From: Octopus sinensis
Lineage: Eukaryota
DNA: 64,000 bases
Direction of reading: 5' to 3'
Assembly: GCF_006345805.1 (NCBI RefSeq)
Contig: NC_043018.1
Span: 7,998,001-8,062,000 of the forward strand
The first letter of the stretch is position 1, and the number at the start of each line of letters is the position of its first letter. A program made the position numbers and the translations under genes. The notes under the pieces are model-generated. The model ran no database searches and was not told where the DNA came from. It worked only from the letters and a program-made list of their open reading frames with translations. Positions 49,812 to 62,688 of this stretch are shown one piece after another.

Positions 49812-51778
49812 TAGAAACAACAGCTAAACGACATTGTATCTGGAAAAACTTCCCCACTTTCAAAAAAAGCTGAAAGTAAAACATTCGGAGGTGATGGGTG
49901 GCGGTTGGGGGAAGGGGATTTGAGTGTTTCTTTAAGAAAAATTTTGAAAAAATTCTTCAAGATTTGTAATCTCTCTTTTTCTACATGGATTCGAAAAAAT
50001 TTCGAACAAGTTAAAAATTCAAAAATTGGGACAGGGAGGGTTAAGTTTATTAAAATTTTGAAAATGTATTTTTTGTGTAAAAACCAATCTCCTATATCAA
50101 AAACAGCAATCCAAAGAAATTTTGGAAAAAAATAAGGTGGATGGCAAAGATCAAGTTTCTAATTACGCTCATCACAAATCATCATCGTTTAGCGTCCGCT
50201 TTCCATGCTAGCATGGGTTAGACGGTTCAACTGGGGTCTGGGAAGCCAGAAGGCTGCACCAGGCCCAGTCTGATCTGGCAATGTTTCTACGGCTGGATGC
50301 CCTTCCTAACGCCAACCACTCCGTGAGTGTAGTGGGTGCTTTTTACATGCTACCAGCACAGGTGCCAGACGAGGCTGGCAATGGCCACGTACGGATGGTG
50401 CCACCGGCACGGGGGCCAGGTGAGGCTGGCAAATACAAATTATAAATGAAAAAAAAAAAGGTCCATTTCAATTGAAGTTGAGCTGTAATTTTATAATTCA
50501 TATATAGAGTGTGTGCGTGCCAAAAAAGCACATATTTGGTATAGTGATTGTGCAAGAGAAGCATTTAGGAAAATGTACACATGTATCTTATGTTTACAGA
50601 CCATGTTTGCAATTATCTATGTAATTGATAGTAAAGTTTGCATAAAATTAAATTAAATCCAGGTTTAGTCGCAGATAGATCAAATTAATAAAGTTTTAAG
50701 TTTTGTGACAACTTAGTGTCTTGATACATTCTGAAAAAAAAGTGAAAGAAAGCGATATGCCACTCTCTCTTTGGAAGAGAAATTAATTTTTGATGTTCTA
50801 AAACCTTTCATAACTTTTTATTTTTAAGAATTTTCATGAGTGGCTGTATGGTAAGTAGCTTGCTTACCAACCACATGGTTCCGGGTTCAGTCCCACTGCG
50901 TGGCACCTTGGGCAAGTGTCTTCTACTATAGCCTCAGGCCGACCAAAGCCTTGTGAGTGGATTTGGTAGACGGAAACTGAAAGAAGCTTGTTGTATATAT
51001 GTGTATATATATGTATGTATGTGTGTGTCTGTTTGTCCCCACCAACATCGCTTGACAACTGATGCTGGTATGTTTACATCCCCGTAACTTAGCGGTTCAG
51101 CAAAAGAGACTGATAGAATAAGTACTAGGCTTCCAAAGAATAAGTCCTGGGGTCGATTTGCTCGACTAAAGACGGTGCTCCAGCATGGCCGCAGTCAAAT
51201 GACTGAAACAAGTAAAAGAGAGTAGAAAAGTAATTCTGTCTTCTGCATAATAGAACTAATACCATTATCCAATAGAAAAATTTTTTTTTAATACTCTCTT
51301 TACTCCAGATCTTTCCACTGTCAAAAGATGTAACGAATATTCCTTTCTATCATCTGTCATTCGCCTTCCATGCTGGCATGGGTTGGATGGTTTGACAGGA
51401 GCCAACCAGGTAGAAGTCTATACCAGGCTACTGAGACTGTTTTGGCTTGGTTTTTACGGCTTGATGCCCTTCTTAACACTAACCACCCTGCAGAGTGGAC
51501 TGGATGCTTTTTACGTGGTACCAGCACAAACGAGGTCAGTTTTGACATGGTTTTTACTGCTGGATGCCCTTCCAAATGCCAACCACTTCACAGTGTGGAC
51601 TGGATGCTTTTTATGTGGCACCAACACCAGCAAGTAACTTGCAAGACAAAGGAATTTTTGAGAGGGGTGGGGGCATTGAAAGAGGGAACCTTGGGTCAGA
51701 TGATGAAAGGTTTGATCATGCTTCTAAATTCTTTTTCAGATTTGAAAAAAATAAAGTGAGAAGGAAAGAAATCCAAGA

Positions 51779-51960
51779 ATGTGGCGCCAGAGCTCTTCTC
51801 ATAAATCGGCAGCTCCTGCCCGTGTTTCCAAGACTTCACTGAGTAAACCATCTGCATCAAGGTTGTCATCTATGGACCGCTTGTCTTCTGGAACCAACAG
51901 TGCTCGCTTTTCCTTACTGGATCGTATGTCCTTCGGTAAATTTTCTCTTGGCGGCAAAAG
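51779..51960 (+). CDS. NDC80: NDC80/HEC1 first coding exon, basic Ser-rich N-terminal tail (MWRQSSSHKS...FGKFSLGGKR); exon begins 51740 in the 5'UTR
   Basis: ctttttcag acceptor at 51739, ATG at 51779, AAG|gtgagc donor, phase 2 matches exon 54847; tail composition like HEC1. Confidence 0.8.
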
Positions 51961-52893
51961 GTGAGCAAAATGTTTTGTGCATGTTTTCAAACCCCTTTTC
52001 ATACCAACCTACCTGAAACCACTTCAATTTTAACGTACAACAATAAACTAATTAAGGATCCTTTAGATTAGGGTCCAGAAAAATGGGGATGTGGTTCCAA
52101 AATAGGCTACTGATGGGTTGCTTCCCAACCACATGTTTCCGAGTTCAGTCCCACTGTGTGGCACTTTGAGCAAGTGACTTCTACTATAGCCCTGGGCCAA
52201 CTAAAGACTTATGAGTGGATTTGGTTGACAGAAACTGAAAGAAGCTGTCATACACAATGAAGTGTTTACTGGAATATTTACCACAGAGCTCCAAAGATTC
52301 ATAGTGGTGAAACGCACGTAAAATCTTTAAAATAAACCTGTGTTTATTATTTTCTTGTGTGTTTGTCACTTCTCCATTCGGTATGTGAACCCATCATACA
52401 CGATGCATAGTTTTCACATAACTTTCACATGTTATTTTATTCACTGATTCATATAAATTTATATTGATTTCGTTGAGTGCTTTAAATTATGCTTTGGAAT
52501 TTGTATTCATTGCCTAGATATGTTCCTTCTATAATATAGTACAAAGTGAGATAGGGGTTATGAGTGTAACCCACTATGGGATATCATTTATCCAATATAC
52601 TGCCAGTAAAGTACCCAGAAGGCTAATACATAAATGCTAAGAATTGCAATGCAATTAATTCATTTATTGTATTATATGGGCGAAGGTAAAATGTTTTACC
52701 TCAAATTCATAATACAAATAAGAAAATGGAGGAATAGATTTCTTTCAATCATCAACTTCCAGATAATACCAATTCATATAATTTATTAACTAACTAATTA
52801 AATAGGAACATCCAGATCCAACAGAATAAGACAGAATAAAACAATATACATCAATAAGTAAGATAATACTATAAAAATAATACATATAAATGG

Positions 52894-53023
52894 ATCTTAC
52901 AGCTGTTTCAGCCTGTAGATAAGGGTATCTCATTATGCCCATATTAGTAAGATGTATTGAGGCAATATGCAGTTAAAAATGAGTTACTTATATATATATA
53001 TATCTCAAGGCCTCATCAGAGAT
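52894..53023 (-). ncRNA. Hammerhead ribozyme motif with long loop II, in an NDC80 intron
   Basis: ATCT-CTGATGA-GGCCT...(~90 nt)...AGGCT-GAAA-CAGCTG-TA^AGAT. Confidence 0.7.
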
Positions 53024-54846
53024 TATAAAGTACAATTATGAAGATATAAAATGCAAATATAACTATTAAACAAGGTACACATATACAAGAATATGCATAT
53101 ATATATATATACATATATATATCCCATAGTGAGTTACACTCATAACCCCTATCTCACTTTGTTCCTTCTATAATATATATATTTGTATATTAATATATCA
53201 CTTAGGCATAGCGATACTAATAATCTGGTGTTAAAACTCAGTATACATATGTTTCAGAATAAAAGCATTAAGAGAGTGCAGAGCAAAATATGGAATTAAA
53301 TAAATGACAACGGATCAAGAGATTGTATGAACTTCATTAGTTTACAGTTGTTTCGGCTATGAAATGCATTGCAGTCATTTATGCTTTCCCAAATACTTAT
53401 TTTTGAAGCCCCTAGGAAGCTATAAGGTGATGCACAAGCACTCAACTCTGAGTGCACTACATCTTACACTGCACAGCAGCAGAAACAGCTGTAAGCTAAT
53501 GAGGTTCATTGCATGATTTTTTTTTTTGTTCCTTTGTCATTTATTTAGTTACATCATCATCATCATCATCGTCCGCTTTCTGTGAAGGCACAGGTTGGGA
53601 TGGTTTGGCATGGAGCTGGCTAGCAGGAAAGCAGTCCAGACTCCAACTGTCTGTGCTTTTCGCATGCCACTGGCATGGGTGCATTTTTGTCGCGCCAGCA
53701 TGGTTACGTTAACACAGTACCGGCGCAGATGCTTTTTAAGTGGCACCAGCACCTGAAGAGCAAGCCTGTATGTGTGGAACGCGGCAATAATATATAAATA
53801 TATAAAATATATATATATATATATGGAGGCGCAATGGCCCAGTGGTTAGGGCAGCGGACTCGCGGTCGTAATATCGCGGTTTCAATTCCCAGACTGAGCG
53901 TTGTGAGTGTTTATTGAGTGAAAACACCTAAAGCTTCAAGAGGCTCCGGCAGGGGGTGGTGGCGATCCCTGCTGTACTCTTTCGCCACAACTTTCTCTCA
54001 CACTTTCTTCTGTTGGCCTGCTCACTTAGCCAGTGGGGTGGCGTCATTCGGAAGGCTAAAACAATGCGAAGCACATTGTGACCAGCGATGTGTCGCAACA
54101 TCTGATAGCCTGGTCGATCACGGTGATATATATAAACTCCTGAATCCTCTTTCATCTTCTGATGGACTGATCACCAGCAAGTTGAGACAACAACAAAAAA
54201 AAAAAAATCACTGCTTTAAATCACTCTGTGCCTTACTCCTGTCTCAAACACAATTTGTGGTCTTCAATCTTCATCATCATCATCGTTTAACGTCCGTTTT
54301 CCGCGCTAGCACGGGTTGGACGGTTCAACCGGGGTCTGGGAAGCCAAGGGCTGCACCAGGCTCCGGTCTGATCTGGCAGTGTTTCTACAGCTGGATGCTC
54401 TTCCTAACGCCAACCACTCCCTGAGTGTAGTGGGTGCTTTTTACGTGCCACGGGAGTCTGGCATTGGCCACGATCGGTTGGTGCTTTTAACGTGCCACCG
54501 GCACAGAAGCCAGCCAGGGCGGCGCTGACATCGGCCACGTTCGGATGGTGCTTTTTATGCGCCACTGGCACAGAAGCCAGTCGAGGCGGCGCTGGCATCA
54601 ATCATCATTTAATGTCCATTGTCCATGCTGGCATGGGTTGGATGGTTTAACCAGAGCTGCACCAGACCCCAGTCTATTTTGGCATGGTTTCTACAGCTGG
54701 ATGCCCTTCCTAACATGCCAACCACTTTACAGAGTGTGATGGGTGCTTTTATGTGGCACTGCACGGGTGCTTTTACATGTCACCACATTGTTAGAAATCA
54801 TTAATTTCCCTCAATAAAACGTTTTTTAAATTCAATTTTAAATTAG

Positions 54847-54946
54847 AATGTCACATGGCATCGAGCGTGGAAGAATGGAACTTCGAGACCCCAGACCTAT
54901 AACCACGAAAGCCTACCAGCAACGATGTGTGAAGTCTCTTCTGGAG
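54847..54946 (+). CDS. NDC80: NDC80 exon: (R)MSHGIERGRMELRDPRPITTKAYQQRCVKSLLE
   Basis: DPRP...K motif opening the HEC1 CH domain; ttag acceptor, GAG|gtaagt donor. Confidence 0.92.
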
Positions 54947-57900
54947 GTAAGTATTTTGTCTTTAAGTGTGTGTATGATATATTTATATATATATACTAGC
55001 AGTATCGCCCGGCGTTGCTCAGGTTTTTAAGGGAAATAACTATATAAGCATTTTTAGAGAGTTACTTCCCTTATAGATGCCAATTCGGGCTTTCTTAGCC
55101 ATTTCTGTTTTGGTGTCTTCAAGCCATGAAGTCGTTGTTCTAAAAGAACGCTGGTCTCCTTGACAACGCTTTACGACGTTGATTTCCTTACACTCCCTTC
55201 CCCACAGCTTCACGAGGGTGGGAAGAAGGGGGAGAAGCAACACAGGTGTGACCATGGACGCCAACTCTGCCGCCATCGACACATGAAAAAATATGCATTA
55301 AAATGGAATATAAAAAATGATGGTAAATTATTTTTTAAATCGTAGACTCATCGTAGATGCGCGCTAATAGCCAGATTGGCTCGATATGAATCATGACTAT
55401 AAGATACCCGAATTTGGTTAAACTGCACCGTAAAATGTGGGAGGAGTTAGGAATCTAAATCGAAGGGGACAGACACTCACACAACTACAGTTTTATATAT
55501 ATAGATATATATATATATAATTTGACGCTCAGGAAAAATGAAGTCTTTTATGTTTTGAGCCTACGCGTGTGTATGTATGTGAGTGTGTAAGTGTATGTGT
55601 AATAAGGAGCGAGTGACTGACGTGTGTGAGTGTGCGTGTGTCTTTTGAATAATCATCCTCCACTTACTAATTTTTCAGGTTTTTTCCACTCACCCTGCTT
55701 TTATTCCAATGAATTTTTCAGGCTTTTTGCACACCCCTCCACTTACTAGTTTTTAAGAAAAAAATCGAGGGTGACTGCCTAGAAAATTTTAAATAATGAT
55801 TTTTCATTTAGGCACAAGGTCAACAATTTGTGGGAAGGGACAAGGGGATTGAAGCGGCCCAGTACATTACTGGTGCTTTATTTTATCGACCTTGTAGAAA
55901 TGAAAGGGATTGAACTCAGAATGTAATGGGCCATAGCTCTATGCTGCAATTTAACTCGTACCACCCATCTAACACCCGTGGGCATATTTACAAAGTCAGA
56001 AAACAGCACAGCTCCCATGACTTTAGGAAACATTTTTTCACGCTGAGAGTTGCTGAAGCATGGAACAAACTGCCGGCATCAGTTGTTAGTTGTCGGAGCA
56101 CTGCATCCTTCAAAACTTCCATGCTTCCTGAGATTCGCCAAAACTACACCTGATTTTCTCCTCTCCATACACACACAAGCATGTATCTGACACATACATT
56201 GTTCACTTCCCAGGCATTTGTACATTACTGCATATACTTTATATGCACTTTCTGACAAGTTGTGGTGCACCTGAGCACTGTATACAATAATTTCATTATT
56301 ACTATTATCTTTATATATAAAAGTAAGGTTGTGTGTCTGTCTCCTACGATTTAGATTCCTAACTACTCCCACATTTTGCGGTGCAGTATCTTATAGTCGT
56401 GATTCATATCGAGCCCTTCTTTGGTATTAGCGCGCGTCTACGATGAGTCTACGATTTAAAAAATAATTTACCATCATTTTTTTTTTCCATTTTTAATGCA
56501 TTTTTTCGCTATTATATAAGGGAAGTAACTCTCTAAAAATGTCTACGATGAGTCAACGATTTAAAAAAAAATTTACCATCATTTTTTTTTTCCATTTTTA
56601 ATGCATTTTTTCGCTATTATATAAGGGAAGTAACTCTCTAAAAATGTCTACGATGAGTCAACGATTTAAAAAATAATTTACCATCATTTTTTTTTTCCAT
56701 TGTAATGCATTTTTTCGCTATTATATAAGGGAAGTAACTCTCTAAAAATGTCTACGATGAGTCAACGATTTAAAAAAAAATTTACCATCATTTTTTTTTT
56801 CCATTTTTAATGCATTTTTTTGCTACTTTTTGGCTATAACTCTCTAAAAATGCTTTGTAGTTATTTCCCTTACAAACCCGAGCAACGCCGGGCGATACTG
56901 CTAGTTATATATATAAAACAACAAACTCTGGAGAATTCATTATTATTTTGACTTACACGTGAATCAACATAACAAAAACAAAAAAGCAGGTGACAAGAAT
57001 GGGAAGAAAGCCTGGAGTGTTCTATTTGTTTTTATAATGCATGGAAGAAAGATGTTTATCCATTGTTCGTCTGGCACCTGTGTCGGTGGCACATAAGAAA
57101 ACACCATCCGAGCGTGGCCGTCTGGCACCTGTGTCGGTGGCACATAAAAACACCTTCCGAGCGTGGCCGTCTGCCAGCCTCGTCTGGCACCTGTGTCAGT
57201 GGCACATAAAATCACCCACTACACTCTCGGAGTGGTTGGCATTAGGAAGGGCATCCAGCTGTAGAAACACTGCCAGATCTGACTGGCCTGGTGCAGCCTT
57301 CGAGCTTGCCAGACCCCAGTTGAACCGTCCAACCCATGCTAGCATGGAAAGCGGACGTTAAACGATGATGATGATGATGATGATTGTATATATAACCAAC
57401 GTTATAATCAACTCCATCGGTCACAAATGACCATGGGTGCACCTAAGAGATTCCCCTCTGGGGTACAAGTCTGGGTGGAAAGTCACCTCACCTGCAAATG
57501 CACAACCTAGGATTGTTTTTATGGAAGACCAGTAGTCGCCCAAGCATACCAGCCTCCCCCTCTACACACCACTGATGTTATTCAAGGAAATGGCAAAGGG
57601 GCCGATACAGCTTGGCACTAGTAATGTCACAACTCATTTCTACTGCTGAGTGAATACAATGCACAGCCTGGTCCAGGAATTGAACTCCCACCCTCACGAT
57701 CATAAGCTCGATGCTCTAACCACTGAGCCATGCACCTTCACTTGAAGTGTGTATAAAGCTATAAATAAAAGCATATAAAAGCACCAGCGGTGGTGCCCCA
57801 GCATGGCTGCGGCCTTCGGGCTAAAACATTTTTAAGGATTTAAATATCGGATTGAAAAACCCTTTTCGATAGCTTTATATGTGCTTCAAGATCCAGTATT

Positions 57901-58496
57901 CCAAAAAAAAAAGGGATCTTTTCGGTTTGACCGGCAGTTTTAACATAATTTCTAGGTAACTAAAAAATATTTAACTTCGTATACTGGTAGAATGTGTTTA
58001 TAAAACATCTTTTTCTCTTGGCTTTATTGAGAAAATTCTATAGTTTGTAAGATATTTGTTGTTTTTTTCTTCAATTTCTGCAATTTCAACCAATCACTGA
58101 CGTCCATTGAGTGTGTGCCGTATGAATATGTCCCTCGTTTAAGAAACAGATTGGGTTTATTTACATTTGTGAAGAAAAAAAAGATACCCTCCCCCCACCC
58201 CTAACCCTAAAACAGATTGAAATGGGATAGATTGCTACTAGGGTCATAATTATTGGGTGACAATTTCATATGACACCGCTAGAAAAAACTGCCGTTCAAA
58301 CCGAAAAGATCCAAAAAATGAGTTGTTTCATGTTCTCTTGAAAGTTTCTAAAATTCGTATGATATCAACAACACATTTACACACACAAACACATCTGTAA
58401 ATTTTCGAGTTATTGTTTGTAACTACATTGCCAGTTCAGTACATGAAAGATGACATTTCTTTTTCTTCTTCTCTCTTTCCGTTTTTGTACGTCTAG

Positions 58497-58583
58497 TTCC
58501 TTGAATCTTACGGCTATCCACACAGTATCACAGCAAAGAAGTTAATGTCTCCAACAACAAAAGACTTTCTGAATGTTTTTGAG
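58497..58583 (+). CDS. NDC80: NDC80 exon: FLESYGYPHSITAKKLMSPTTKDFLNVFE
   Basis: polypyrimidine tract plus ctag acceptor, GAG|gtgagt donor; FL...GY...L.sP..KDF pattern of the HEC1 CH domain. Confidence 0.93.
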
Positions 58584-58789
58584 GTGAGTTCCCAATGAGA
58601 TTCTTCATTCTTCTACTTCTTTTTATTTCTTCTCAATTATTTAAAGATATTACAGAGAAATTGAATCCACAGCCTTCTGAACGGAATGTTCACTTGACAA
58701 AAAATCAACTTAGCACCGCAAGTTAATAATGAATTAATGTGTATACACACACACACACACACACACATATATAGACTTACCATATTCCA

Positions 58790-61430
58790 TTTTGAACTTA
58801 CGTGTGTATATAGATTTAACATATGCTGTGTAGAATTAATGTGTGTATAGAGATTTAACTTATGCCATATAGAATTAATGTGTGTATATAGATTTAATAT
58901 ATGCTGTATAGAATTAACGTGTGTATATACATTTAGCATATGCAGTGTAGAATTATTGTGTGTATATAGATTTAACATATGCTGTGTAGAATTAATGTGT
59001 GTATAGAGATTTAACTTATGCCATATAGAATTAATGTGTGTATATAGATTTAATATATGCTGTGTAGAATTAACGTGTGTATATACATTTAGCATATGCA
59101 GTGTAGAATTATTGTGTGTATATAGATTTAACATATGCTGTGTAGAATTAATGTGTGTATATAGATTTAACATATGCTGTGTAGAATTAATGTGTGTATA
59201 TAGATTTAACATATACAGTGTAGAATTAATGTGTGTATATAGATTTAACATATGCCATATAGAATTAATGTGTGTATATAAATTTAACATATACAGTGTA
59301 GAATTAATGTGTGTATATAAATTTAACATATACAGTGTAGAATTAATGTGTATATATAAATTTAACATATACAGTGTAGAATTAATGTGTGTATATAGAT
59401 ATAACATATGTAGTGTAGAATTAATGTGTGTATATAAATTTAACATATACAGTGTAGAATTAATATGTGTATATAGATTTAACATATGCAGTGTAGAATT
59501 ATTGTGTGTATATAGATTTAACATATACAGTGTAGAATTAATGTTTGTATATAAATTTAACATATGCAGTGTAGAATTATTGTGTGTATATAGATTTAAC
59601 ATATGCAGTGTAGAATTAATGTGTGTATAGAGATTTAACTTATGCCATATAGAATTAATGTGTGTATATAGATTTAATATATGCTGTATAGAATTAACGT
59701 GTGTATATACATTTAGCATATGCAGTGTAGAATTATTGTGTGTATATAGAATTAACATATGCTGTGTAGAATTAATGTGTGTATATAGATTTAACATATG
59801 CTGTGTAGAATTAATGTGTGTATATAGATTTAACATATACAGTGTAGAATTAATGTGTGTATATAGATTTAACATATGCCATATAGAATTAATGTGTGTA
59901 TATAAATTTAACATATACAGTGTAGAATTAATGTGTGTATATAGATATAACATATGTAGTGTAGAATTAATGTGTGTATATAAATTTAACATATACAGTG
60001 TAGAATTAATGTGTGTATATAGATTTAACATATGCAGTGTAGAATTATTGTGTGTATATAGATTTAACATATACAGTGTAGAATTAATGTTTGTATATAA
60101 ATTTAACATATACAGTGTAGAATTATTGTGTGTATATAGATTTAACATATACAGTGTAGAATTAATGTGTGTATATAAATTTAACATATACAGTGTAGAA
60201 TTAATGTGTGTATATAGATTTAGCATATGCAGTGTAGAATTATTGTGTGTATATAGATTTAACATATACAGTGTAGAATTAATGTTTGTATATAAATTTA
60301 ACATATACAGTGTAGAATTATTGTGTGTATATAGATTTAACATATGCAGTGTAGAATTATTGTGTGTATATAGATTTAACATATGCCGTATAGAATTAAC
60401 ATGTATATATACATTTAGCATATGCAGTGTAGAATTATTGTGTGTATATACATTTAGCATATGCAGTGTAGAATTATTGTGTGTATATACATTTAGCATA
60501 TGCAGTGTAGAATTATTGTGTGTATATACATTTAGCATATGCAGTGTAGAATTATTGTGTGTATATACATTTAGCATATGCAGTGTAGAATTATTGTGTG
60601 TATATACATTTAGCATATGCAGTGTAGAATTATTGTGTGTATATACATTTAGCATATGCAGTGTAGAATTATTGTGTGTATATACATTTAGCATATGCAG
60701 TGTAGAATTATTGTGTGTATATACATTTAGCATATGCAGTGTAGAATTATTGTGTGTATATACATTTAGCATATGCAGTGTAGAATTATTGTGTGTATAT
60801 ACATTTAGCATATGCAGTGTAGAATTATTGTGTGTATATACATTTAGCATATGCAGTGTAGAATTATTGTGTGTATATACATTTAGCATATGCAGTGTAG
60901 AATTATTGTGTGTATATACATTTAGCATATGCAGTGTAGAATTATTGTGTGTATATACATTTAGCATATGCAGTGTAGAATTATTGTGTGTATATACATT
61001 TAGCATATGCAGTGTAGAATTATTGTGTGTATATACATTTAGCATATGCAGTGTAGAATTATTGTGTGTATATACATTTAGCATATGCAGTGTAGAATTA
61101 TTGTGTGTATATACATTTAGCATATGCAGTGTAGAATTATTGTGTGTATATACATTTAGCATATGCAGTGTAGAATTATTGTGTGTATATACATTTAGCA
61201 TATGCAGTGTAGAATTATTGTGTGTATATACATTTAGCATATGCAGTGTAGAATTATTGTGTGTATATACATTTAGCATATGCAGTGTAGAATTATTGTG
61301 TGTATATACATTTAGCATATGCAGTGTAGAATTATTGTGTGTATATACATTTAGCATATGCAGTGTAGAATTATTGTGTGTATATACATTTAGCATATGC
61401 AGTGTAGAATTATTGTGTGTATATGGGTTT
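58790..61430. repeat. 39-bp minisatellite, ~68 units, filling NDC80 intron 58584-61482
   Basis: Unit atatgcagtgtagaattattgtgtgtatatacatttagc; ~26 identical units at 60410-61425, variant units upstream. Confidence 0.97.
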
Positions 61431-61482
61431 AATAAATGATTTGTGTTCAGTTTCTGTGACTCGACTTTTTTGTTTTGTTTAG

Positions 61483-61668
61483 TTTATTGTGAAACACATC
61501 GAATTCAAATATAAGCTTCCAGAGAAATTTGATGAAGAAATCCCCCGCTACCTCCGTTCTCTTGGCTATCCTTTCCCCATCAACAAGAGCTCGATGTTTA
61601 CAATTGGCAGCCCTCACACCTGGCCGACCCTTTTATCTGCCCTCGTCTGGTTAACCGAACTTATCAAG
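61483..61668 (+). CDS. NDC80: NDC80 exon: FIVKHIEFKYKLPEKFDEEIPRYLRSLGYPFPINKSSMFTIGSPHTWPTLLSALVWLTELIK
   Basis: EE.PR....LGYPF...KSSM.T.G.PHTWP....AL.WL is diagnostic of NDC80/HEC1; tttgtttag acceptor, AAG|gtttga donor; gene continues past the window. Confidence 0.95.
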
Positions 61669-62372
61669 GTTTGAACCAGTTTTTCCATTTTGTTACAACT
61701 TTTTTCTTTTTTTTAATTCATCCTTCTATAGGACTTTAGTTGTTTGATTCATTTACTATTGCAATGGACTTTTTTTTTTTATTTTATTTATTTATTTTTT
61801 TTATTTTATCTAGTTTCAGCTCACGAGCTGTGGCCATGCTGGGGCACCGCCATTTGGTGTTGCTACATGATTTTACTTCACGAATGCTTTTTAGCAAATG
61901 CCATTTGGTGCATGAGAGAGTTCGATGCAGCTGCCCTCATCTGTACCTTCATTCAGTTTTCTCACACTCTTGTTCACTCTCTCTCACTTTCTCTTCATCT
62001 CTCTTGCTCTCATACTCACTTAAGCTCTATCTGTTTCCCATTGTCACTCTCCCTCACACTCTCGTTCTCACTCACACTCTCACTCAGGCTGGTGGAGTCA
62101 TAAGCCTGTGATATTTAGTTAAGTTAAGTTAATTTTTTGGCTTAAAAAGCAAAAAGCAAGGCCATGGAGTTATGTACAGGGAGGGTGTTCATGCAAAGAG
62201 TTCAGGCCATTTCTGGTCAAGAGAGACTTTGAACCGAGCGGTCGTCGGCATCTTCACTATCTCGTCCGGCAGCTTATTCCACGGATCTGCAACCCGGACG
62301 GAGAAAGCCCCTCTCCTTCGATTGAGATGAAATCGTTGCAGATAGAGCTTTTCGGAGTGACCCCGCAGCCAT

Positions 62373-62688
62373 ATGTAGTGTAGAATTAATGTGTGTATAT
62401 AGATTTATTTAATTCTATACAGCATATGCTGTATAGAATTAACATGTGTATATACATTTAGCATATGCAGTGTAGAATTATTGTGTGTATATAGATTTAA
62501 CATATGCTGTATAGAATTAACATGTATATATACATTTAGCATATGCAGTGTAGAATTATTGTGTGTATATAGATTTAACATATGCTGTATAGAATTAACA
62601 TGTGTATATACATTTAGCATATGCAGTGTAGAATTATTGTGTGTATATGGGTTTAATAAATGATTTGAGTTCAGTTTCTGTGACTCGA
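62373..62688. repeat. Second block of the 39-bp minisatellite carrying the same right-hand flank as the main array
   Basis: About 7 units then gtgtatatgggtttaataaatgattt...ttcagtttctgtgactcga, as at 61420-61464. Confidence 0.9.

Noticed and set aside
58637-61439. 919-aa (minus) and 593-aa (plus) ORFs
   Set aside because: Translations of the 39-bp (13-codon) minisatellite, which has a stop-free frame on each strand; both lie inside an NDC80 intron with no unique coding flanks.
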